Shown here: positions 30,182 through 39,483 of the stretch, one piece after another | Layout: each line of letters begins with the position of its first letter | Numbering within the stretch: position 1 is the first letter of the stretch | NCBI GenBank assembly: GCA_047602425.1 | Contig: JASGHG010000001.1 | Location: 1,600,001 to 1,664,000 of the forward strand | Length of the DNA: 64,000 nt | Source of the DNA: Nibricoccus sp. | GTDB taxonomy: Bacteria > Verrucomicrobiota > Verrucomicrobiia > Opitutales > Opitutaceae | Direction: 5' to 3' | Notes under the pieces: model-generated | Database searches by the model: none | Told to the model about the DNA's origin: nothing | The model's input: only the letters and a program-made list of their open reading frames with translations | Program-made: the position numbers and the translations under genes

Positions 30182-31204
30182 TCAGGCGAGGCCGGCTGTC
30201 TCCTCGAAGCCAAGCCAAAGGTTCATGATTTGCACCGCCTGGCCGCTGGCACCTTTCACAAGGTTATCCTCGGCTGAAGTGATCACGAAATTTTTCGTGC
30301 GTGGATCGAATACCGCCGACATGTCGATGCGATTCGTGCCCACCACGTACGCCGTGTCGGGCGTTTCTCCCGCGGGAAGAATCTGCACGAACGGACGATT
30401 TGCGTACGTGGATTTCCACGAAGCGTAGAGCGCGTCGATGGAAGGATTCGCCGCAGGCACGGTGATCGTCGTCGCAATGCCACGCCGCATCGGCGCGAGA
30501 TGCGGATTGAATTGAATCACCGTCGCCGCACCCGTGCGCATAGCGAGTTGCTCCTCCACTTCGGCGAGATGGCGGTGCTTCACGAGACCGTAGGCCTTCG
30601 CGCTTTCGGCACGTTCGCAGAAAAGGTACGCTTCCTCGGCTTTTTTTCCGGCACCACTAACACCGCTGAAGGAATTCACGACGATGTGTTCGCGCAACAC
30701 GATGCCATCGCGTACGAGCGGGATGAGAGGCAGCAAAATACTCGTCGGATAGCAGCCGGGGGCGGCGATGAGCTTAGCTTCGGTTTTCCACGCAGGCGGC
30801 GTGAGCTCAGGCAAAACGAAACGCGCCGACGGCAACAGCTCCGGAGCGTGGTGTTTGCCGTAGTACTTTTCGTACGTATTCAAATCGGCAATACGGAAGT
30901 CAGCGCTGAGATCGATGACTTTTTTGCCGGCGGGCACGAGAACTTTGGCGTAGTCAGCCGCGGCACCGTGCGGAAGCGCGAGGAAGAAAAGGTCGATATC
31001 GCTTGCCGCAAGTGCGACAGCGTCGGAGTCGACAAACTTCAGGTCGCGATCAACGCCCCGAAGTGCCGGGATGACCTGCGAAAGGGATTTCCCTGCTTGC
31101 GACCGAGAGGTCACCGCTTCAAGCGTGACCTTTGGATGAGCAAGAAGGAGTTTGACTAGAGTTTCGCCGGAGTAGCCCGACGCGCCGATAATACCGACTT
31201 TCAT
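30182..31204 (-). CDS. argC: N-acetyl-gamma-glutamyl-phosphate reductase
   Basis: IIGASGYSG, ALPHG, DLSADFR, PGCYPT, SGVSGAG, DNLVKGASGQAVQ. Confidence 0.97.
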   Translation of the reverse strand: MKVGIIGASGYSGETLVKLLLAHPKVTLEAVTSRSQAGKSLSQVIPALRGVDRDLKFVDSDAVALAASDIDLFFLALPHGAAADYAKVLVPAGKKVIDLSADFRIADLNTYEKYYGKHHAPELLPSARFVLPELTPPAWKTEAKLIAAPGCYPTSILLPLIPLVRDGIVLREHIVVNSFSGVSGAGKKAEEAYLFCERAESAKAYGLVKHRHLAEVEEQLAMRTGAATVIQFNPHLAPMRRGIATTITVPAANPSIDALYASWKSTYANRPFVQILPAGETPDTAYVVGTNRIDMSAVFDPRTKNFVITSAEDNLVKGASGQAVQIMNLWLGFEETAGLA

Positions 31205-31397
31205 GGGAGGATGAGATTGGGAATTGTTTTTCTAAAAGTTAATGAACGCCAATGAGCGTCAATAAATCCAGTCAGGAAATTTATTTCCCAAAGCAGCGTC
31301 GTCTTTTCGCAGGGTGCACACCGCACAAAAGCCTAAAAGTCCAACCGCGACGCTGCACAGATAGGCGATCTCCGCGGAACGTTCTATTTCGTTAATG

Positions 31398-31428
31398 AAA
31401 AAGGCGCGGCTTTTTGGGCCGCGCCTTT
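31398..31428 (-). terminator. Terminator after the secretin operon
   Basis: AAAAAGGCGCGGC...GCCGCGCCTTT. Confidence 0.8.
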
Positions 31429-31451
31429 GAAACTCATGTGGCTAAAATGGC

Positions 31452-33170
31452 TTACTTATTGAACCAACCCTTTTTCTTCGGCTCCGGAGGCGGAGGTGTG
31501 AAGTAAGGATCCGAACCATCGCGATAGCCAGGCAGATCGTTCTTCTGGATTTCCATCTGGCGAATCATGCGGGGATCAAAGACCTCACCAGTATCGCCGC
31601 CATCAGGTTTGATGGTCTTGGCCGTCAGGAAGATCACAAGGTTCGTCGCCTGGGTATTCTTGCTGTCGCTGCGGAAGAGACGACCGAGGCCAGGGATATT
31701 ACCGAGAACCGGGACCTTGGACTGGCCTTTGGAATCGGCCTTCTGGATCATGCCACCGATACCCAACGTATAACCATCTTTCATGGTGACCTGCGTCTTG
31801 GCCTTGCGAGTGGTGATCACAGGCAATTGGGCCGAACCGAAAATCTTGTCCTTGGTCGGATCGGTCGAGCTGACTTCAGGTTCAACCGAGAGCTTGATAA
31901 AGCCAGCGTTGTTCACCTGAGGAGTCACCTTCAGGATGATACCAACGGGCTTGTAGGTGAAACCACTGATCTGGAAAACACCCTGCTCCTGGTTATAGGT
32001 GAAATTCGGAATCGGAATTTCGTCTCCCATATTAATAGCTGCTTCGGTGTTGTTCAACGTAACGACTGTGGGATTCGAAACCAATTTCGTGTCATTCTGC
32101 GTCTGGAGAGCGCTAATGATCAAATCGAATTGACCGGCGGAAAAAACAGCATTGGTGAGACGGGAAATATTATTCGTGAAGAGATTGGAAAGTTCCGAGG
32201 ACGGTCCTGTATCTTTTACTGCGCCAGTGGTATCGTCAAATTCAGGTCCAACACCTCGACCCGGCTGATTGATGCCGTTCGGCCCATTCACCATATCTGT
32301 AATCGAGCCAGCCGGCGAATTTGGGTAGTTCCTGTTCAACAGCGTGTCAGTCCTTTCATAGCCGTTCTGCATAAAAGGAACATCGATATTTTTCTCGGTG
32401 TGTTGGTTCGTGTTAACCCGCCCATTGGTTTGGAGATAGTTACGATTCACACTACCTCCTACTTTATAACCACCCAGCGAGGCCCAATTAACACCTACAT
32501 TTTTGATGTCAGCATTAGTGACTTCGATAAACTTGGATTCGATCATAACCTGCTCGGTTGGACGATCAAGGTTCTGAACGATAGGCTTCAGCTTTTGCAT
32601 GACCGAACCACGCTCTGTCACCACAAGCGCATTGCTGCGGGCGTCGACAACGATCTTGCCGCCAACCTTGGAATCGACGAGCGAATCGAGGCTGGGCTTG
32701 ATTTCAGAAGCTTTCGCGTAGTTAAGAATAAAGACCTCGGTCGTGAGGGGTTCAAGGTTGAGCGACTCCTGAGTTACAACCCGAATAATATTACCTTCCT
32801 CGACAATAGTATAACCTACCGGTTGGAGGACGACTTGATAAACTTGGCGCCATGTAACATCACGCAGCTTGATCGAGGTTTTCCCCTGCAATGTTTCCGG
32901 TATAACAAGGTTCAATTCGAACATATCGGCAACATTACGAAGTACCTCGCGGATTTCCGTATCAGGAAAATCGACGGTAAGTGTGTCCTTGCCCTTGGAA
33001 ACAAGGGGCTTGGTTTCGGCAGGAGCCGCAGGTTGTGCGGGTGCAACTGCAGTCGCCTCAGTTTTGGCCGGCGGAGGCGGCGTCGCGGCATCTTGAGCCA
33101 ACGCGACGACGCCCGAAATCGGGAGCATCGCGGACACCAACAGGGTGGTTTTTAGCATTCGAGTTCTCAT
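31452..33170 (-). CDS. Secretin (PilQ/GspD family)
   Basis: Signal peptide, N0/N3 domains (DARSNALVV, LDRPTEQVMIESKF), VGIILKVTPQV, KVPVLGNIPGLGRLF, LVIFLTA. Confidence 0.95.
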   Translation of the reverse strand: MRTRMLKTTLLVSAMLPISGVVALAQDAATPPPPAKTEATAVAPAQPAAPAETKPLVSKGKDTLTVDFPDTEIREVLRNVADMFELNLVIPETLQGKTSIKLRDVTWRQVYQVVLQPVGYTIVEEGNIIRVVTQESLNLEPLTTEVFILNYAKASEIKPSLDSLVDSKVGGKIVVDARSNALVVTERGSVMQKLKPIVQNLDRPTEQVMIESKFIEVTNADIKNVGVNWASLGGYKVGGSVNRNYLQTNGRVNTNQHTEKNIDVPFMQNGYERTDTLLNRNYPNSPAGSITDMVNGPNGINQPGRGVGPEFDDTTGAVKDTGPSSELSNLFTNNISRLTNAVFSAGQFDLIISALQTQNDTKLVSNPTVVTLNNTEAAINMGDEIPIPNFTYNQEQGVFQISGFTYKPVGIILKVTPQVNNAGFIKLSVEPEVSSTDPTKDKIFGSAQLPVITTRKAKTQVTMKDGYTLGIGGMIQKADSKGQSKVPVLGNIPGLGRLFRSDSKNTQATNLVIFLTAKTIKPDGGDTGEVFDPRMIRQMEIQKNDLPGYRDGSDPYFTPPPPEPKKKGWFNK

Positions 33171-33640
33171 GGAGTTTTTCCTGATTTAATAGGACGGGTA
33201 ATTTCCGTTTGGTTATAGCGTAACGAGAAGGTGGTGTTATCGATCGAGGTAACTTCGACTTCATACGAAGCCCCGTCAAAGGAAAGCGTTAGCTTGTCGT
33301 TGACTTTCACGGGCTTTTGACCTTTTCGCGTCAACATCATGTTACCGGGAACACCCATGGCGCCTAACGGCTGGATTTGTTCGGCAAGAACCAAGAGCAA
33401 GTCCTTATCCGAAGTAGGGCGTGCCGTAATTTCTTCGACGGGCGCCGCAATGAATGGATTTCGCAGATTTTCCGGAGGGAGCGCGGCCTCAGGTGAGGCG
33501 GTCTTCGCCAATTGAGCGGCTTGTTCCACAATCTGCTCGCGCTTTTTGGGGGCTTGGACGTCGGCTGGTGCAGCACTTGCAATATATACAAGGCCGAACA
33601 AAATAACACCGACAATTCTTTGGACAATTTGCGTCTTCAT
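33167..33640 (-). CDS. Exported protein in the PilP position
   Basis: Signal peptide, LRNPF motif (compare PilP RxPF), overlaps neighbours in the operon. Confidence 0.6.
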   Translation of the reverse strand: MKTQIVQRIVGVILFGLVYIASAAPADVQAPKKREQIVEQAAQLAKTASPEAALPPENLRNPFIAAPVEEITARPTSDKDLLLVLAEQIQPLGAMGVPGNMMLTRKGQKPVKVNDKLTLSFDGASYEVEVTSIDNTTFSLRYNQTEITRPIKSGKTP

Positions 33641-34233
33641 GCCTTTCCTAATATTTCGACGGTGAGTGACAGGATGATTTCGGGCGCTGTTTTCTTGTCA
33701 CCCGCGGCAGCATTAGTCTCTTCCTGTGCGGGATTACAATTGGCTGTCACAACGCGGCAGTAGTAACTGCCTTGTTCTAGACGGCGGAGGAATGTCAGCG
33801 CTCGAGTATAGCTACCTTGCAAGGAAACCGTGTATTGCACAGGCTTGTAACCGCCCTTCATGGTTGGAGCCGCTTTGCCCAAAACTGAAGAAGCCAAAGC
33901 AGGTCGCGTATCAAGAAGTTTTACTCCAGTCTCGCGCTCGAGCTTATAAAAATACTCCAAATTGATCGCTAGGTTTTGGGGATCTACGAGTCGGCTAGCG
34001 ATCGTTCGGTTGGCATTTTCCAATGCCTGCACGTGCTCCGCCAACTGATTGGAGTGTGAAATATTCGCAAGATGCCGCTGTGATTCTTCCGTATTTAGCT
34101 CCAACGACACTCTCAAGTCAGCCATGGCAGATCGACGTACAAAAAGGAGGCTGAGCATGACGATGAGCACCAAGGCCGCCACCGTGCCCAACGGATATTT
34201 TTTAGCCGTCGTTTTAATAATTCCGAGGTTCAT
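33637..34233 (-). CDS. PilO/GspM-like protein
   Basis: N-terminal TM, coiled coil, VSLQGSYTRALTFLRRLE PilO-type motif. Confidence 0.75.
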   Translation of the reverse strand: MNLGIIKTTAKKYPLGTVAALVLIVMLSLLFVRRSAMADLRVSLELNTEESQRHLANISHSNQLAEHVQALENANRTIASRLVDPQNLAINLEYFYKLERETGVKLLDTRPALASSVLGKAAPTMKGGYKPVQYTVSLQGSYTRALTFLRRLEQGSYYCRVVTANCNPAQEETNAAAGDKKTAPEIILSLTVEILGKA

Positions 34234-34234
34234 A

Positions 34235-34861
34235 CTATTTCGCTTTCGGCAGGTTGAACGACAATATGATTTCGAACATCAAGCGGCCGGCCTGAACATC
34301 GCGACTCACATTGGTCAGTGAAATTGATTTAAAGACGGTGTTGAGCTGCGGATCATCTCTCAGCTGGCGTTCGTAGGCTGATGCCGCACTGGTAGCCTGC
34401 TCAGAAATGCCTTGGGCGTACCCCTTGATCACTGCGCCGGTGTCTTTATATTCCACCGTCAGAAAAACGATGCCGGCGGGTTTATTTTGGCTCAGCCGAA
34501 TAAGCAGATCGGAATACACAATTTTCTGGCCTTTAACGAAACCATTGAGCTCGGTAATCTTTACTTCCTCGGCTTGGAATTGTTTATACAAGGCCACGGC
34601 TCGGCTGCTGGCGGCACGGTTCTTGTCGATTTGCGTCTGCAAATCGTTGTTTTGGCCACGGAGTATTGACAGTGTATATTCCTGGTAAGCGACCGCGAGT
34701 AAGGACGCAACAGCGAGGACAATGAGGAGTCCGTTTACGAAAAACGACGTCCGCACCAACTTGGTGTCAGGAAGTACAGCGAAATTCCTGAAGTTAGTAT
34801 GCCACGCTGGCGCCTGAGCCGCCTTGGCCTTATCTGAATTCTTCTTAAGCAGTGACAGCAT
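34235..34861 (-). CDS. PilN-like protein
   Basis: Short cytoplasmic N-terminus, TM, coiled coil, LSQNKPAGIVF...IKGYA ferredoxin-like pattern; operon position. Confidence 0.7.
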   Translation of the reverse strand: MLSLLKKNSDKAKAAQAPAWHTNFRNFAVLPDTKLVRTSFFVNGLLIVLAVASLLAVAYQEYTLSILRGQNNDLQTQIDKNRAASSRAVALYKQFQAEEVKITELNGFVKGQKIVYSDLLIRLSQNKPAGIVFLTVEYKDTGAVIKGYAQGISEQATSAASAYERQLRDDPQLNTVFKSISLTNVSRDVQAGRLMFEIILSFNLPKAK

Positions 34862-35883
34862 TGTTGTGGGTCAGCATCAGGCTAAAGAGCCCAAGCCAGC
34901 GGTTGTTCAGTTCTTGTTTCTTGGCCGTCGGACTCAGCGTAATTCCGCGAGCTTCAAGCCACCGCGGGTATTCCACCGTGAGCACAGAAACGCCGAGTTG
35001 ACTAGAAATTGCATTCTCGAGCCATGAGAGCTTCGGCGGCAGCAGCGTGCAGATTACCTGACCGATGGACTGGCCGGTCTGTACTTCGTAAAAGCCCACC
35101 GACGACTGGAGCTCCTTCAGCAATTTTTTGATTAACACGGGGCCCATGCCGGTGAAATCGAAGGCATTTGAATAAAAGAGCTTTCTGGCCGCTTCGGGGT
35201 CTTTAAGTCCGATTTCCTTTTGCACCGCAGGAATCATAGCTTCGAGTCCCTGCGAGATCGGCCGCGAATTCTCGACACCCGAGTCGCTCACAATAAAGGA
35301 CTGGGTCGATTCCGTATCGATTTCCAAAACCAGCGTCGGGGTTTTGATTTGGTTAAACTTCAGGTAGTCGACAATACCGCCAAGCGAGGTCCAGCGTACC
35401 GACCTCCAAGCGTTCAGGATAAAGACCCCTCTGTAAAAGCGTGTTTTGGATGCTGACGACTTCGTCGCTTCGAAGTCCGACCACGACTGCATCCTTAGCG
35501 CCAGCCGCATCAAAATCGAAATCCAAGCCATCTTTAGCTCCTAAAAGCGCTAAAGTGTATTTGTCGGCCTCAATGTGAATCTGATTCGCCAACACCTCGT
35601 CCATGTAGGATGGCTCCTTGTAGCGCTTCGGATCGAGGCTGACATGCCTGAGTAAACGTCCTTCGGTGTAAACGCCACATGTCGCATGCAAGTAGCCGTG
35701 CTGACCGGATTTCTTCGGGCGCAGCTGTTTGATCATCTCATCCAACGCGTCCGTATTGGCGGTGGGGCAACTATTCAGTTCCTCCACCACCATTGGGCCG
35801 GTGCGCGCTGACGTGGATGCGAGCAAAACACTATGGCTGTTGTGCTCAACAAAGTATCCTTTTGTTTTTTTAGTAAAAACCAT
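34845..35883 (-). pseudogene. PilM-like actin-fold protein split by a +1 frameshift (pseudogene or sequence error)
   Basis: Two overlapping ORFs (35353-35883, 34845-35531). Removing one G at 35391/35392 gives ...LEVGTL-TSLGGIVDYLKF... in one 345-aa frame with LVLEIDTEST and ELQSSVGFYE PilM-like motifs. Confidence 0.8.
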
Positions 35884-36074
35884 TGCGGTTAGTTCAAGGG
35901 GGTGAAGGAGTCTTTCGGCACGAAAGTGTTAAGATTGACAAAGAAATCGTGGGGAAAATTGACGGAAATTGCGGTGAAGTGACAAGCGTAAAGCCGGTCG
36001 TAACTCCTAACTAAAGGGTATTTACGGATTATTTAGTAATCGATATGCATCACTAGATGCATCTTTTTGCCCAC

Positions 36075-36105
36075 AAAAAAACCCGTTCTGCCATGCAAAA
36101 CGGGT
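36075..36105 (-). terminator. Terminator after the bS22-like gene
   Basis: AAAAAAACCCGTTCTGC-cat-GCAAAACGGGT. Confidence 0.65.
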
Positions 36106-36133
36106 GGAGAATAGGAGCGAAACCGGGAGTCGG

Positions 36134-36235
36134 TTACTTCTGCCAAGTGCGCTTTTTGTGACGATTGGCCTTGAGGCGCTTGCGGCGCTTGTGCTTCGAC
36201 ATCTTCAGACGACGTTTCTTTTTCAGATTTCCCAT
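36134..36235 (-). CDS. 33-aa basic protein, AURKAIP1/COX24 (bS22/mS38-like ribosomal protein)
   Basis: Manual translation [33 protein letters not shown]; own terminator; below the ORF-track cutoff. Confidence 0.9.
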   Translation of the reverse strand: MGNLKKKRRLKMSKHKRRKRLKANRHKKRTWQK

Positions 36236-36300
36236 GGTGGCTAGGTTTTTAAATGTGAAGGGTCAATCTGCGAAGCTTTCCTGCGACTGTAAAGCGCTTT

Positions 36301-39300
36301 TTAGCTCTTAGGTTCCTCGACCGCCAACCAGTCGCCCGCAGCGCTGGAGTAGACAAGGAGCCGCACCTCTTGTCCCGGCATAACCGCCAACAATGCCTGC
36401 CCATATGCCGAAAGTTGCGGCGCGTACTCCCGAGCCAAACGAACCAGCAATTCCCCTCCCCTTTCACTTGGGCGAAAGTGATTGGTTTTCCAATCGATCA
36501 CCACGACTTCGCGCCGCGCCGCATTATGCAGCACCAAATCCATCACGCCGTCGATCCAGCCGCTATCACCCAGCGGCGCAACAACCGCCAGCTCGGCAAG
36601 CAATGTCCAATCACCAGAGCGCAGTTGCGTCCATGCTTCGCTCGCCCGCAAAAGCCGGAGCTCTGTCTCCGCCCGGTCCTGAAAACCGCGCGCGCGCGCC
36701 TCAACCAATCGATCTGCCCAATGCGCCTCAATTTTCGCGTCCGTCAGCGTCCAAGGCGTATGCTCCATCGTCTCGTGCCACCATACACCGTAGTCGATCG
36801 CCTCTTCGCCCGCCATCAGCCGGGTAGGCAGCGGCTGGTCAAGCGCTGACTCGTGACGGAGGCTGCGCGAAAAATCCGTTTTGTGCGCCAATTGATGAGG
36901 AAGAATGCGCGGGGGCAAAATGGGCAGTGGTCGTGAAATTTCGTCGTTCGAATCCGCAGTTTGGGTGAAAGGACTTGGCTCCTCCGCTGGAACGACGTCT
37001 ATGTCTTCACAAGATGGTTTTCGCGAAAAAGTCGTACGCGGCAGTCCTTCCAATAGCGCGCGCTCACCCCAAATTTCCGCGAAACTGGGATCCTTGCGCT
37101 TGCTCACCCCAAAATCCTTGTCCCAAGGAATGATCAGCCGCCGTCGCGCGCGGGTTAAGGTCACGTAAAGCAAACGCACCAGCTCGCGGAAACGTTCGCG
37201 CTGCCGCGACTCCACTGTATCCGACGGCACGCTGTCCGCTCCAAGAAAAAGCCGCGCCCCACCCTTCGGTCCACCTTCGGAAATCAAGCTGATGCCACGT
37301 TGCGGCGCCTCGCCGATCTGACGCCAAAAACCAGCCGCTACCACCACGGGCCATTCCAGTCCTTTTGCTGAATGGCAGGTCATCAAATTGATCGCATCGT
37401 CCTGCGGTTTGCCAGTAGCGCGCAGGCTATCGAGCCCGGCCAGCAGTATTTTAAACCATTCGCGGGGACCTGCGCCGGACGCGCCCAATTCGGCCGCTTC
37501 GGCCAGCAATCGATCGAGTTCCGCACTCAAATCTCCGGATGGATCGAGGACAGCCGCCTTCTCGGCCAGCGCACAGTCCGCAACCAGTCCACGCGCAAAA
37601 TCCTCCAACGGCAGACCTTCATCGTCCACTCGCATAATCCAAGGGCGCACGATCGCCAGCGCCGTGCTCAAGGGCTCGGGATGCACCTCCGGAGTTTCCC
37701 ACTGAAATGTGCCTTTCTCGCGTCGCTCGATCGCCAGCATTGCATCGCTCACCGCGAAAATTTCGCGCAACACACCGAACCATTCGTAATCGTTATCAGG
37801 GTGGCACACCACCGCCAGCAATCCCGCCAGCCAAGCGTAGACCGGGCTGTCGCCACTGCGTCTGCGCTGGCTTTGCAGCGCCGTCTTAAGGCCGGCTTTT
37901 TCAAATTCCGCCTGAAAAAGCGGCAGCCAGTCGTTGCGCGGCGCCAAGACGCAAACTTCGCCCCAATTAATGGCACCGACGGAAGACGGCCCGTGAGATG
38001 CAAAAAATTCCGCGAGCTGGCTCGCCTCTTCCGACAAACGGTCGGCTACTCCATCCGCCGTTTTTTCCGGAGTTTGCAGAGGGAAAACTTCAATCCGTCC
38101 TTCCTCGTTGCCCGGCCCTGCCTCCAGGGGCTCATACGCGACCTGCAATAAGGGAGCCGGCGCACCTTCCTCGGGCGGCAAACCGAGGTTGTAGATGCGC
38201 GACGAACCAAATGCCTGAGGCAATCCGGCGTTCAGCAAATCGATTACGGCCCGCGGTGCTCGAAAGGTGACTTGAAACACCAGACGTTCGCCCCCGTCGC
38301 CGCGCGCATACGCTTCAATGTGGCGCATGAAATTACGGATGTCAGCCCGCGCCCGGTAGATCGCTTGCTGGCCGTCACCCACCAGACAGAAATGACCATC
38401 ACGTGGCGGCGCCCCTCCGCCATCGGGCCAGGAGCCTGGCACAGCACCGGAAGGGCGGGCAATTTCCACGAGCACGGCGAATTGTTGCGAGTCCGTGTCC
38501 TGCGCCTCGTCTAGGATCACGCGCCAGCCATCGTCGCGAATTCGGTCGAGCGTCGCCGGATCCTGCAAAACCGCCAGCGCCACGTCGATTTGATCGGCGT
38601 AGGTTTGTACCCCGCGTTCGGCGCGGTGGGCGCGAAACCGTTCCGCCAGTTCGGAGGTTAGCGTCGCCGCAGCGTCGGCCAACCAGTCTTTCAGCGGCGC
38701 CATCCAGTTCTGCGCAAGTTCGACGATGGCTTTGGAGGTACCGACAGGTTTGTAAAGCGGCAAAAATCCCCGGCCAGATTCGAAGCGTTCCCACCACCGC
38801 TGCGCCGCGCGCTGGTTGTTTTGCAGATTTCGCCGGGTGGATTCCGTGCCTTTTACGGGCAATGACAGAATTTGGTCCAAGATTGCCCGACTTGGACGCG
38901 GCAATGGACCCGAAGGACGCCGTCGCGCGAGCTGTTGCGATGCGACAGTGCCTATTTTTCGAGCCGTCTCAAACAAGTCCTCCAGCGGCACAAAACGCAA
39001 AAATGCATCCACTTCAGCCTTCGGCAGCGACTCAAACACCATCGAATCCTGTTCGAGAAATTCCTCGAAGAATATCTCCGCTTCCTCGCTGTCCTCGGTC
39101 AGCAGGCGAGGATTGAGATTGAGTCCGTGCGTGTGACCATAACGTTGCGCCAGGAGCAAACAGAAGCTATGGATCGTGCCGAAAAAAGCCCGCTCCAAAT
39201 GGTCGAGCGGACCGAGATCGGCAATGCCCGCGGCTTCCAAACGGCTCAACAAAACCTGCCGCGCCTTTTGGCCAATCTGCGCGGCCGCTTTTTTCGTGTA

Positions 39301-39483
39301 AGTCACGACCGCGGTTTTTTGCAGGGCAACCGCGCCTTCGGGAGATAGGGCCATGGCCGCCAACCGTTCCGAGATCGCTGTCGTTTTGCCCGAACCGGCA
39401 TTGGCGCTCACCGCAAAATTCCGCTGCCATTCGGTGCGAAAGCGGTCGCGCGCTTCCTGATCGATCAACGGCTCGCTATTCAT
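36301..39483 (-). CDS. addA: AddA-like UvrD helicase with C-terminal PD-(D/E)xK nuclease
   Basis: ANAGSGKT, TIHSFC, LDEAQDT, VGDGQQAIY, TCHSAKGLEW, RLLYVTLTRAR, GVMD...IDWKT...QLSAY. Confidence 0.88.
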   Translation of the reverse strand: MNSEPLIDQEARDRFRTEWQRNFAVSANAGSGKTTAISERLAAMALSPEGAVALQKTAVVTYTKKAAAQIGQKARQVLLSRLEAAGIADLGPLDHLERAFFGTIHSFCLLLAQRYGHTHGLNLNPRLLTEDSEEAEIFFEEFLEQDSMVFESLPKAEVDAFLRFVPLEDLFETARKIGTVASQQLARRRPSGPLPRPSRAILDQILSLPVKGTESTRRNLQNNQRAAQRWWERFESGRGFLPLYKPVGTSKAIVELAQNWMAPLKDWLADAAATLTSELAERFRAHRAERGVQTYADQIDVALAVLQDPATLDRIRDDGWRVILDEAQDTDSQQFAVLVEIARPSGAVPGSWPDGGGAPPRDGHFCLVGDGQQAIYRARADIRNFMRHIEAYARGDGGERLVFQVTFRAPRAVIDLLNAGLPQAFGSSRIYNLGLPPEEGAPAPLLQVAYEPLEAGPGNEEGRIEVFPLQTPEKTADGVADRLSEEASQLAEFFASHGPSSVGAINWGEVCVLAPRNDWLPLFQAEFEKAGLKTALQSQRRRSGDSPVYAWLAGLLAVVCHPDNDYEWFGVLREIFAVSDAMLAIERREKGTFQWETPEVHPEPLSTALAIVRPWIMRVDDEGLPLEDFARGLVADCALAEKAAVLDPSGDLSAELDRLLAEAAELGASGAGPREWFKILLAGLDSLRATGKPQDDAINLMTCHSAKGLEWPVVVAAGFWRQIGEAPQRGISLISEGGPKGGARLFLGADSVPSDTVESRQRERFRELVRLLYVTLTRARRRLIIPWDKDFGVSKRKDPSFAEIWGERALLEGLPRTTFSRKPSCEDIDVVPAEEPSPFTQTADSNDEISRPLPILPPRILPHQLAHKTDFSRSLRHESALDQPLPTRLMAGEEAIDYGVWWHETMEHTPWTLTDAKIEAHWADRLVEARARGFQDRAETELRLLRASEAWTQLRSGDWTLLAELAVVAPLGDSGWIDGVMDLVLHNAARREVVVIDWKTNHFRPSERGGELLVRLAREYAPQLSAYGQALLAVMPGQEVRLLVYSSAAGDWLAVEEPKS

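Noticed and set aside
31303..31366. GCAGCGTCG...CGACGCTGC inverted repeat upstream of argC
   Set aside because: 9-bp arms around an unstructured-looking interior; cannot distinguish a REP relic or leader RNA from chance.
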